Assembly (NCBI GenBank): GCA_050173015.1
Contig: JBFXLE010000025.1
Location: forward strand, 1 to 64,000
DNA length: 64,000 nucleotides
Source: Calditrichaceae bacterium
GTDB taxonomy: Bacteria > Calditrichota > Calditrichia > Calditrichales > JBFXGD01
Direction: 5' to 3'
Part shown: in pieces, positions 34,800-44,535 of the stretch
Layout: every line of letters starts with the position of its first letter
Numbering within the stretch: the stretch's first letter is position 1
Position numbers and translations under genes: made by a program
The notes under the pieces: generated by a model
Databases searched by the model: none
What the model saw: only the letters and a program-made list of their open reading frames with translations
What the model was told of the DNA's origin: nothing

Positions 34800-37504
34800 C
34801 AGTTTAATATTTTTATCGGTAATGTTATCTTGTGAACGGTTCTTACACTATCACTTTCTATTTCCAGTAATCCGCCTGCAAGACGGATCAATTTTACGGC
34901 CCAGGCCATGAAAAGGTTATTGCCAAAATGTATTCTGGCCTCCGTGAGCGATGATGGCAGGAATTCCGACCCGACCAACGCGATATGTTCCGGCAGGATT
35001 TTCGGCCCATGATCTTCAAATGTTATTAGAAGCGATTTATTCCTTACGGCGAAATTCATCAATATCTCATCTCCTGCGGGAGCAAACCGGACCGCATTGA
35101 GGCAAATGGTCTGTACCGCGAGATAAAACCGGCGGATATCCACAAACATTTTTTCCGGAATGTTTTCGGTGCCTGAAACGATCAGTTTTGTAGATCGTCC
35201 CTGAGCCTCATCATTCAGAAATTTAACAACAGGAGAGTAAAACTCTTCCCCGGACACTTCACCCATTTCAAATTTGAGATCATTCCTGTTCATTCGGGCA
35301 AGATCAAGATATATAAAAATGTGGCGTTCCATGTCATCGACACCGCGATCCAGTTTATCCATATAATTAATTAAACCCGGATCCTTTTTCAGAAGAGAAT
35401 TAAACTTCAGACTCATCAGTCTGCTGTATCCTTTTATGGTACTTAAAGGCGTGCGCAATCCGTGAGTAATTGTCCTCAATAAATGAAGCCGGTATGTTGT
35501 ACTCTGATCAAGTTCCATATTTTTTTGTTTCAACGAGTCAAAAAGGAAAAGATTACTGAATCCAATTTCAAAATGCGAGAGCAGCCGGGCAAGAGTTGAT
35601 TCATAATTTTCAGTAATTTCCGGCTTCGGATTGATAAAAACCAGGACCCCGATTCCCCTGCCGTTTATGACAAGCGGTTTAAAAATGGCCGATTCAAACG
35701 CCCACTCTTTTTCCGTCACATTCGAATTTTCCGGAATGGATGATTTAGTTTTAATTATGGATGTTTGTCCGTTTAGCAGCGCGCTACCGGTAATGCTGTT
35801 CTGGACAAGTAGTTTTTGATCAATTTGATTGCGTCCTCCCGGTAACTTTGTTTTTAGATTGAGCGCGTTTCCATTCAATTCATAAAAATAAGTTTCTTTT
35901 GCCCCCGAAAATTCTTTAAGGATGGCGAGCGTATCTTCGATTACTTCCGAGCGTTTATTAACATTGAGAAATGCCTGAACGATTTGCGCGGATTTATTCA
36001 GGAAGAGGTTCTGTGTTTTTATATTATTTTGCAATTCAAGTATTTGGGTTAATTCCGTCAGCGTCATCAGATAGCCGTTCCAGTCGGATAAATTCAGATA
36101 GGTGCAATCTGCCAGGAAATGTTTTAATCCCGTCTCTTCTTGAATAGATACCTGGAATTCACTCGTCTGGTAATCTGATTTTATGCTTTCCAGAAAACCC
36201 AAAAACTCATGCAAATTTGTTGGTTTTAAAGTATCTGTAAGCGGTTTCTTTTTAATATTTTCACTCGAATATCCAAACTGTCTCTCTGCTGATTTGTTTG
36301 CAAAATCAATCGTTAGATCTTCGTTAACCGCTATGACCGGAACGGCGAGAAAATTAAGAAATTTCATCATGCGTTCCAGCTGGTTATGAGACCGTAACAG
36401 CTCATTTTTCTGAGACGAAAGCTCTCCGGTTAATTGATCAAGTTTCTCGTTGGTTTCGGTCAAATCGGATGTCCGTGTCTCGAGAAGTAGATTAAGATTT
36501 TGCAGTTCCTGAGACTGAAGCCGGTAACTTTCGAGCTCCTCTTTTCTCCGGCGCCACTGCATCATAAAATATATTGTCACAATCAGGAGTATTAGCTGCA
36601 GGATAATCGCCAGGAATAGAGTTCTTTTCCGGAGAGAAAAAAGCAGCGCGGCGGCAACCTGATCTTCCTGTGCCACTAACACCTGAATTTTCCCAAACTG
36701 ACTGCGGCTTGTGCCATAAAGGAAATTTTGTTGTAAAGATCCATCCACGGAAGATATATCCAGGCCGGGTGTTTGACCCGACTGTTCCTGATTTATCTTA
36801 AACCACCATCGATTCTGTGAAATCAAATCCCGCGATGGGATATCTTTGTCCCCCTGACTCATTTTGACGCTCTCGCCCTCACTATCAAACCAAACCGTAA
36901 ATTTACCATCATTTTTAGGATCAAATACAGGAAAAAGCTGTTCCGCCTTTGAGACATCAAGGTAAATCAACCAAAAGCCGTTAATCTGGTTTTGAATGTA
37001 TTTTGGCGCAGCGACAGCAATGACCGTGGGAAACGGACTGATTGGTGACTGGTGGACTGATGAAACAGTCGGTTTCCAATCCTTTATTAACTCGCGATAC
37101 CAGTTCCTGTTTAAAAGGTTGGTCTGCCATTCCAATTTAGCCTTCGTGGAAGAGAATTTGAGATTCCCGTCCGCGGAAAAATAGCTGATATTGTGAACCG
37201 CCGGCATATGATCGATAAAATACCGAATCTGGCCCATCGATTCCCGGGGATTTTCATCCGGCACTGTTAATGCGCTCAGATCTGCGATTATTTTTTCGAG
37301 ATGTTCATCGAACTGCCTGTTTAAATTGGCCGCGTCTGATGATAACTGGGAAGTCAGAACGCTTTCTATGGCAGAACCCGATTCATTATAGATTTGAAAT
37401 ACCATCACAAATAAGGGGCTTGATACGATAAGAAGCGCCAGTAAATATTTCAGAATTTTTGAAGATACTTTTTCATTCACTTCGGGTATTGATTCCATGT
37501 CCAT
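34799..37504 (-). CDS. Cache-PAS-GAF sensor kinase-like protein with a degenerate catalytic core
   Basis: TM-Cache-like periplasmic domain (RNWYRE...VSSVHQSP...VIAVAAP)-TM, coiled coil, PAS, GAF, H-box THGLRTPL, N-box NAVRF, altered G1/G2 boxes (DHGPK; FGNNLFM). Confidence 0.8.
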   Translation of the reverse strand: MDMESIPEVNEKVSSKILKYLLALLIVSSPLFVMVFQIYNESGSAIESVLTSQLSSDAANLNRQFDEHLEKIIADLSALTVPDENPRESMGQIRYFIDHMPAVHNISYFSADGNLKFSSTKAKLEWQTNLLNRNWYRELIKDWKPTVSSVHQSPISPFPTVIAVAAPKYIQNQINGFWLIYLDVSKAEQLFPVFDPKNDGKFTVWFDSEGESVKMSQGDKDIPSRDLISQNRWWFKINQEQSGQTPGLDISSVDGSLQQNFLYGTSRSQFGKIQVLVAQEDQVAAALLFSLRKRTLFLAIILQLILLIVTIYFMMQWRRRKEELESYRLQSQELQNLNLLLETRTSDLTETNEKLDQLTGELSSQKNELLRSHNQLERMMKFLNFLAVPVIAVNEDLTIDFANKSAERQFGYSSENIKKKPLTDTLKPTNLHEFLGFLESIKSDYQTSEFQVSIQEETGLKHFLADCTYLNLSDWNGYLMTLTELTQILELQNNIKTQNLFLNKSAQIVQAFLNVNKRSEVIEDTLAILKEFSGAKETYFYELNGNALNLKTKLPGGRNQIDQKLLVQNSITGSALLNGQTSIIKTKSSIPENSNVTEKEWAFESAIFKPLVINGRGIGVLVFINPKPEITENYESTLARLLSHFEIGFSNLFLFDSLKQKNMELDQSTTYRLHLLRTITHGLRTPLSTIKGYSRLMSLKFNSLLKKDPGLINYMDKLDRGVDDMERHIFIYLDLARMNRNDLKFEMGEVSGEEFYSPVVKFLNDEAQGRSTKLIVSGTENIPEKMFVDIRRFYLAVQTICLNAVRFAPAGDEILMNFAVRNKSLLITFEDHGPKILPEHIALVGSEFLPSSLTEARIHFGNNLFMAWAVKLIRLAGGLLEIESDSVRTVHKITLPIKILN

Positions 37505-37508
37505 GCAT

Positions 37509-37853
37509 TCATTTTAGACTATTCAGTAATTTTTCCGGATCAACCGGTTTAACAAAATACGCTTTCACATTTAATTTCTTCGCTCTTTCTTCATCGCTGG
37601 GATCAAGAGATCCTGTAAGAACGACAAACGGAACCTGTTTCCCTGATTTTTGCAATTGTTCCATAAAATCAAGTCCTGACATCCCCGGAAGCGTAATATC
37701 GGTGATGATAAAATCAATTTGATTTTCTTCCAGAACCTTGCCCGCGATTCCTGTATTTTGAGCCGGGAACGGCGTATGACCGGCAAATTTGAGAATTTCC
37801 ACCAGTAAATCCAGATGCTGGAAGTCATCCTCCATGATGAGAATGTTTGCCAT
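37509..37853 (-). CDS. Single-domain response regulator (CheY-like)
   Basis: MEDD, ITDITLPGMSG, VLTGS, VKPV; SD AGGAG. Confidence 0.93.
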   Translation of the reverse strand: MANILIMEDDFQHLDLLVEILKFAGHTPFPAQNTGIAGKVLEENQIDFIITDITLPGMSGLDFMEQLQKSGKQVPFVVLTGSLDPSDEERAKKLNVKAYFVKPVDPEKLLNSLK

Positions 37854-37941
37854 TTGATATTCTCCTTATGATCTTGGTGAAGCTCATCTTCGTCAATTTA
37901 ATTGAAATACTTGAATGAGTTTCTTAAAATTATCATCAATT

Positions 37942-37962
37942 TGAGATTAGTCATTAATCTCA
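37942..37962. promoter_or_regulatory. 8-5-8 inverted repeat, candidate operator
   Basis: TGAGATTA-GTCAT-TAATCTCA about 90 nt upstream of the receiver gene, in the divergent intergenic region. Confidence 0.35.
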
Positions 37963-38419
37963 TCTTATTAAACATTAACCCGAACTAAAAAAAGATGGAG
38001 TTTTGAAATCTGTTATTTCCATCAAAAATTTCAGTTTATTCAATTGTCCGTATAAATCAACAGATGAATCGGATAGAAAATTTAAATATATATCATTGTA
38101 AAGTTTAGATCAAATTATATATTTATTAAACATCTTTATGACGGATTTTGCCAGCACTAACCAAATAAAGGTGAATTCAAACGCAACAACTCAAAAACAA
38201 CTATCAGAAACTGGGCATAATTCATTATTTTCCTAAATGATAGATTAGTTTTGCCGACTGTATTATTAATGAAATATTTGTTAAACCATCGTTTAGAGTC
38301 ATGTATCAGAGTTCAGCAGTTATGGATGAATTTAGCTTTTGATTGAGATTAAATTTCTCTATACAATAAACATCTGACATTGATATTCAAGGGATTGAGC
38401 GCGGGACAGGGATTACTTA

Positions 38420-41400
38420 ATGAATGATGAGAAAAAATCTAAAAAACAACTTTTAGCTGAATTAAAAGAATTACGTAAAATAGCTGCAAATAACCACACC
38501 GGAAAGGATTCAATATCTGCTAAGCAGATTTTGAAAGAACCTCATCCTGATTTATCCAATATCGAGGATAAATATCGGCTTCTTGTTGAAAATGCTATCG
38601 ATATCGTAATAATTCTGGATTCTGACTACAGATTGGTTTTTGCAAGCCCTTCCATCAAAGATATGCTGGGTTACGAGCAGGAAGAACTCCTTAGCAAGAA
38701 CCCTCTGAATTATATTCATTCCGATGATGAGCGGCATGTGAATTTGGCGCTCGCTGAATCTGTCCGAAAACCCGGTAAAGTTTATAATATCAGATACCGG
38801 TTTCTTGCCCGGGACAAATCCTGGCATATTTTGCAGTCTAAGGGTAAATTTTTATACGATAAAGACGGTGAAGGTAAATTTATCATCAGTAGCAGTGATA
38901 TAACAGAGCAAGTCAGCGCTCAAAATGCTTTAATGGAATCACAGAAAAATTTTATAAAATTTTTGAGTGATATCAAACTTGCGGGTGTAATGGTCGATCT
39001 GACAGGAAAAATAACATTCGTCAATGACTTTATGTGTAATTTAACCGGTCGGGAATCTGATGTATTGATTGGAACAGATTTCTTTGAATTATTTCCGTCG
39101 GAAGAGCAAAGAGAAAAGTTCAGGAAATATTTACTGGATGAAAGAGGAACTGTAGCATACACACCCGAATTTGAAAGTGAAAATGTATTAAAATCGGGTA
39201 AAAACAGACTCATGACATGGAGCAGTACCATCATTGAGAGCACAGAGTCCCGGATTACGGAGATTGCATGTATCGGTAAGGACATCACCTTACGCCGTCA
39301 ATATGAGGAGGCTCTGGCACAGAGCGAAAAAAAATACCGACTTCTCATTGAAAACCAAACAGATCTTATTGTTGAAGTCGATTTGGATAACCGTTTCCTG
39401 TATGTAAGCCCCAGTTATTGCGAATTATTTAATAAAACAGAAAATGAATTGCTTGGAAACCAGTGTACTCCCCTTATTCATGAGGATGATATAGAGAATA
39501 CAATGAAAACAATGGAGGCTTTGTATAAACCGCCTTATGAATGTCTTGTGGAACAAAGAGCCATGACTAAACATGGCTGGAGATGGATTGCCTGGAGGGA
39601 TAAAGCGGTTCTTGATGATGACGGCAATATAATTGCTATCGTCGGTATGGGCAGGGATTTTACAGAGAGGAAACTCAGCGAATTAGCCCTTCGGGAAAGT
39701 GAAGAACGTTTCAGGCGATTGTCCGAGGCCTCATTTGAAGGGGTCATTATCACCGAGAATGGTAAGATACTTGATGCGAACGATCAGGTGACCAGAATAT
39801 CAGGATTTCAACGAGATGAACTGATTGGCCGGGATGCGCTTGGTTTTATCCCTCCGGAATTTCGTGGAATAGTCCATAACAATATTGTCAGGCAACATGA
39901 GAAACCTTATGAGCATCTGGTAAAGAGAAAAGATGGAAAGTTTATCGTATGCGAAACCCACGACCGGCCGATTCCTTTTGAGGGAAAGACAGTCCGGGTT
40001 GCCGCAATCCGGGATATAACAGAACGTAAAAATACAGAAGAAATCCTAAAAAAGAGTAAGGCTCTGCTTATTGAAGCCCAAAGGATTGCTCATTTGGGAA
40101 ATTGGGAATGGGATATCGTAAAAGATAAATTAAATTGGTCATATGAGATTTACAGGATGTTTGGAATAGAGGCGGAAAATTTTGGAGCCAATTCATCTGC
40201 TTTTATGAATGTAGTTCATCCGGATGACAGAGATTTTGTAAAAGAATCACTAAAATCCGCTTTGTCCGGAAAAAGTAAATATGAAATTGACCATCGGATT
40301 ATCAGAGCTGATGGAACTATCCGTATCGTCAATGAACAGGCGGAGGTTTATTTTGATTCTGAAAATCGGCCAATCCGTATGGTGGGAACGGTTCAGGATA
40401 TAACCGAGAGAAAACAGATCGAACTTGAACTTGAAAAAAGCAATAAAGAGCTCGAAGAAAGGGTTCGGGAAAGAACCGAAGAACTGCTGGACGCGAATAA
40501 GCTTCTTAAGGATAGAGAAGAGATTTTACGTTCAATGATTAACGCCATATCGGAGTCGGTGATTTTAATAAAAACGGACGGGACAATTCTGGTGATTAAC
40601 AATACATTTGCCAAACGTCTTTCCAAAACACCTGAAGAGATGATTGGAAGTTGTATTTTTGATTACGTCCTGTCTGATCTGACAAACCAAAGAAAGCGAC
40701 ATCTTTACGATGTTATAAACAGGGGTTTACCGTATCAGTTCGAAGAAAACATTTCAGGCCGGTTAATAAACAATTCAATTTATCCCGTCTTTAATTCGGC
40801 AGGAGAAGTTGACAGACTGGCCGTTATCGGTTATGATATTACAGAACGAAAGAACGCGGAAGATGAACTAAAGAGAACATTATCCGAATTAAAAAGATCA
40901 AATGATGAACTTGAACAATTCGCTTACGTCGCTTCACATGATCTACAGGAACCATTGCGAATGGTCGCGAGTTATTTACAATTGCTTGAGAAAAGATATA
41001 AAGACACATTTGATGAAGACGCGCGCGTATTTATTTCCTATGCGGTTGACGGCGCCACGCGAATGAAAACTTTGATCAACGATCTTCTCGCCTATTCAAG
41101 AGTCGGAACCCGCGGGAATCCCTTTGGTCCGACCGATTTTCACGATGCAGTGGATAGCGCTTTACTCAATTTGCAGAAAAAGATTGAGGATACCCATGCT
41201 GTGGTTGAGTATGAAAATCTGCCGACAGTCATGGCCGATTTCAGCCAGATTACACGTCTGTTTCAAAATATGATCGACAATGCAATAAAATTCAGAGGTA
41301 ATGAACATCCGAGAATAAAAATTGAAGCAACACAAAGCGGGATTTCATGGCTCTTTTCCATAACGGATAACGGGATCGGAATCGATCCGGAATATCATGA

Positions 41401-41572
41401 AAGAATATTTGTAATATTTCAGCGATTACACGGTATTAAAAAGTATAGCGGAACGGGGATCGGTTTGGCGGTTTGTAAGAAAATTGTGGAACGGCATGGA
41501 GGCCGTATCTGGTTAGATTCAAAAAATATGGAGGGAACCACGTTTTATTTCACAATTCCCTCAAATCTTTAA
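38420..41572 (+). CDS. Cytoplasmic multi-PAS histidine kinase with a Cph1/BphP-type kinase core
   Basis: About six PAS/PAC units; RSNDELEQFAYVASHDLQEPLRMV; IFVIFQRLH; GTGIGL. Confidence 0.93.
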   Translation: MNDEKKSKKQLLAELKELRKIAANNHTGKDSISAKQILKEPHPDLSNIEDKYRLLVENAIDIVIILDSDYRLVFASPSIKDMLGYEQEELLSKNPLNYIHSDDERHVNLALAESVRKPGKVYNIRYRFLARDKSWHILQSKGKFLYDKDGEGKFIISSSDITEQVSAQNALMESQKNFIKFLSDIKLAGVMVDLTGKITFVNDFMCNLTGRESDVLIGTDFFELFPSEEQREKFRKYLLDERGTVAYTPEFESENVLKSGKNRLMTWSSTIIESTESRITEIACIGKDITLRRQYEEALAQSEKKYRLLIENQTDLIVEVDLDNRFLYVSPSYCELFNKTENELLGNQCTPLIHEDDIENTMKTMEALYKPPYECLVEQRAMTKHGWRWIAWRDKAVLDDDGNIIAIVGMGRDFTERKLSELALRESEERFRRLSEASFEGVIITENGKILDANDQVTRISGFQRDELIGRDALGFIPPEFRGIVHNNIVRQHEKPYEHLVKRKDGKFIVCETHDRPIPFEGKTVRVAAIRDITERKNTEEILKKSKALLIEAQRIAHLGNWEWDIVKDKLNWSYEIYRMFGIEAENFGANSSAFMNVVHPDDRDFVKESLKSALSGKSKYEIDHRIIRADGTIRIVNEQAEVYFDSENRPIRMVGTVQDITERKQIELELEKSNKELEERVRERTEELLDANKLLKDREEILRSMINAISESVILIKTDGTILVINNTFAKRLSKTPEEMIGSCIFDYVLSDLTNQRKRHLYDVINRGLPYQFEENISGRLINNSIYPVFNSAGEVDRLAVIGYDITERKNAEDELKRTLSELKRSNDELEQFAYVASHDLQEPLRMVASYLQLLEKRYKDTFDEDARVFISYAVDGATRMKTLINDLLAYSRVGTRGNPFGPTDFHDAVDSALLNLQKKIEDTHAVVEYENLPTVMADFSQITRLFQNMIDNAIKFRGNEHPRIKIEATQSGISWLFSITDNGIGIDPEYHERIFVIFQRLHGIKKYSGTGIGLAVCKKIVERHGGRIWLDSKNMEGTTFYFTIPSNL

Positions 41573-41682
41573 CCATTATTGTACAACGATCGAAATCTGG
41601 AACGGAAAACATAAATTGAGTCATATTTACATTTTGATACATTCGAAAAAAACTATTATAAATTGACAAAGGAAAATATCCG

Positions 41683-42132
41683 ATGGATAGGAAAAACGAT
41701 GGATCTCCGGTTGAGATATTGCTGGTTGAAGATAATCCAGGTGATATCCGCCTAACCCAGGAGGCACTGAAGGAAGGAAAAGTTCACAACAATCTGCATG
41801 TGGCCGAAGACGGCGTGGAAGCTCTGGATTTTTTGTTTAACAGAGGTAAGTTTGTCAACACCCCGAGACCGGATCTCATACTCCTTGATTTGAATTTACC
41901 AAAGAAAGACGGGCGTGAAGTGTTGGATGAAATTAAAAATCATCCTTCATTAAAGTACATTCCCGTAGTTATTTTGACGACATCGAGCGCCGAACAGGAT
42001 ATCTTAAAAACTTATTCACTGCATGCAAATTGTTATATAACAAAACCGGTTGATCTTGAACAGTTTATAAAAGTTGTACGAACCATTGAGGATTTTTGGT
42101 TGAGTATCGTTAAACTGCCCTCAGGTTATTAG
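41683..42132 (+). CDS. Rcp1-like single-domain response regulator
   Basis: [47 protein letters not shown]. Confidence 0.93.
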   Translation: MDRKNDGSPVEILLVEDNPGDIRLTQEALKEGKVHNNLHVAEDGVEALDFLFNRGKFVNTPRPDLILLDLNLPKKDGREVLDEIKNHPSLKYIPVVILTTSSAEQDILKTYSLHANCYITKPVDLEQFIKVVRTIEDFWLSIVKLPSGY

Positions 42133-42210
42133 GGATTTAAATAACAACAAAACCGATACTGTTCAAAATATTTGGAAAATCAAAGGCTTTACCATCAACA
42201 GGAAATCGAT

Positions 42211-44487
42211 ATGCACGACATTAATTTATCCGTAAAGATTCTGCTCATAGAAGACAATCCCGGAGACGCGAGACTTATACATGAATTACTAAAGTTTGCG
42301 GAAGAAGCAACTTTTCAACTCGAGTTCGCAGATGATCTTTGTTCAGGAATAAAAAAACTTACCGGTCATGAATATGATATTGTCCTCCTGGACTTGTCAC
42401 TTCCGGACAGTCATGGTTTGGAAACTTTTATAAAAATTCATAAACACGCACAGAATATTCCCGTTGTGGTTTTGACGGGATTTGAAGACAAAAAATTCGC
42501 GCTCAAGACTTTGCAGGAAGGCGCGCAGGATTATTTGCTTAAAAGTCAGATAAACACCAGCATGCTTTCACGCGTTATACGTTACGCTATCGAACGATTC
42601 CGCTGGCAGGCGCGGTTAAAGCAGGAAACAATGAGACTTCAAAGCAGTGAATCAAGGCTGCAAACCATCATTCATCAGAATGCCGACGGTATAATTATCG
42701 TGGATGAAGAAAGCAACATACAGTTTTTAAATCCCATGGCCGAAGCTCTTTTGGGTAAACAATCCGATGAACTAACCGGTACAACTTTTGATTTCTCCAC
42801 CGTCTCAAATCAAAAGAATGAAATAGAAATAACACATAGAAATAAAGAAAAAATATTCGGCGAGATGCGGGTAGCTGAAATTGAATGGGATGAAAAACCG
42901 GCAAGACTCGTTTCGCTCAGAGATATCACTGAACGGAAACAGGCCGTCAACGCGCTTAAGCAAAGTGAATTTCGATTTCGGCAGATCATAGAAAAATCGA
43001 ATGACGCCATTATTGTTATCAGTGGGGATCATTTTATACTGGCTAATCCAAAATTTGAAAAAATGTTTGGTTATTCAGAAACAGAAATTACCGGCTCCAA
43101 AGTTAATATTATTGACTTTATAGCGCCTGAATCTCACAAGATTATTCACGATATCCACAAAAAGATGTCATCGGGAGACATTTTGCCCGATCAATTTGAA
43201 TTAAAAGCCCGTTCCAAAGACGGAAAAACCCATATTGCCGAAGTCAGCATCTCTTTGTTTGAATGGGATCAGAAAACTGCTATTCTTGGAATACTCCGGG
43301 ACAGTACGGAGAAAAAAATGCTTGAAGAACAACTGATCCAGTCGCAAAAAATGGAAGCCATCGGCGCGCTCGCGGCGGGAATATCACATGATTTTAATAA
43401 TATTTTAAGTGTTATCAAGGGGTACGCTCAACTGGCTTTGATGCAAACTCAAAAAGATAATCCACTATACAGAATTCTTGGCGAAATATCCGAAGCCGGC
43501 AAGAGAGCCGCGAATCTGGTCCAGCAGTTACTGGCATTCAGCAGAAAACAGATCATCGAACCGGAAATTTTGGATGTCAATAAATTGATTTCTGATCTTG
43601 AAAAGATGCTAAAACGTTTGATCGGTGAGGATATCAATCTCAAAATCTATCTAACGGAACAGGTCGGCTGGATAATGGCGGACCGAACACAATTGGAACA
43701 GATTTTGATTAATTTGGTGGTAAACGCCAGAGACGCCATAAAAAACAAGGAGCACATCTCAGGTATCAAAAGCATTACCATTGAAACGGAAAGGGTTTAT
43801 CTTAATGATAAATATATTTCGAGACATCCTGACGCTAAGGAGGGAGCGCATGTCTGTATCTCCATAAATGATTCCGGTATCGGTATGGACGAAGAAACAA
43901 TAAATAAAATTTTCGAACCGTTTTTTACAACAAAAAAGCATGGCGAGGGCACCGGTCTTGGGCTTGCTTCTGTTTATGGTATCGTAAAACAGAACAACGG
44001 AAGCGTCATTGTGCAGAGTGAACCCGGAAAGGGAACTACTTTTAAAATATACTGGCCTAATTCAGAATATACAGGTGAAGTGAATGTTGAAGACGATGAA
44101 GATAGTCAGATAATTGGCGGTACTGAGACGATCCTGTTGGTCGAGGATGACGAGGCGGTAAGAAATTTTGGCAAGGAAGCTCTGATTTCAATGGGCTACA
44201 CGGTCACTGAAGCGGCCAACGGACTTGAGGCGTTGGATATTGTAAAATCAACCAAATCAGCTTTCGATATCGTTGTCAGCGACATGGTAATGCCGAGAAT
44301 GGGTGGGAAAGAATTAGCAGAAGTATTAGCAAAGATCAAACCTGAACTCAAAATTTTGTTTACTTCAGGATATACAGATCAGAATATTGATGAAGGTGGA
44401 GTATTGAAAAAGGGCATCAATTTCATTCATAAACCCTATTCTATTCCCCTGCTGGCAAAAAAAATAAGATTTATTCTTGATGACTAA
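42211..44487 (+). CDS. Receiver-PAS-PAS hybrid histidine kinase-receiver (start likely ATG 42211)
   Basis: N-terminal receiver IEDNPGD...LLDLSLPD, two PAS domains, LAAGISHDFNNIL, FEPFFTTK, GTGLGL, C-terminal receiver. Confidence 0.92.
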   Translation: MHDINLSVKILLIEDNPGDARLIHELLKFAEEATFQLEFADDLCSGIKKLTGHEYDIVLLDLSLPDSHGLETFIKIHKHAQNIPVVVLTGFEDKKFALKTLQEGAQDYLLKSQINTSMLSRVIRYAIERFRWQARLKQETMRLQSSESRLQTIIHQNADGIIIVDEESNIQFLNPMAEALLGKQSDELTGTTFDFSTVSNQKNEIEITHRNKEKIFGEMRVAEIEWDEKPARLVSLRDITERKQAVNALKQSEFRFRQIIEKSNDAIIVISGDHFILANPKFEKMFGYSETEITGSKVNIIDFIAPESHKIIHDIHKKMSSGDILPDQFELKARSKDGKTHIAEVSISLFEWDQKTAILGILRDSTEKKMLEEQLIQSQKMEAIGALAAGISHDFNNILSVIKGYAQLALMQTQKDNPLYRILGEISEAGKRAANLVQQLLAFSRKQIIEPEILDVNKLISDLEKMLKRLIGEDINLKIYLTEQVGWIMADRTQLEQILINLVVNARDAIKNKEHISGIKSITIETERVYLNDKYISRHPDAKEGAHVCISINDSGIGMDEETINKIFEPFFTTKKHGEGTGLGLASVYGIVKQNNGSVIVQSEPGKGTTFKIYWPNSEYTGEVNVEDDEDSQIIGGTETILLVEDDEAVRNFGKEALISMGYTVTEAANGLEALDIVKSTKSAFDIVVSDMVMPRMGGKELAEVLAKIKPELKILFTSGYTDQNIDEGGVLKKGINFIHKPYSIPLLAKKIRFILDD

Positions 44488-44535
44488 ATATTTTGGAAAA
44501 CAATCACTATCAGTATTTTTTTAGCGCGGTTCGCA

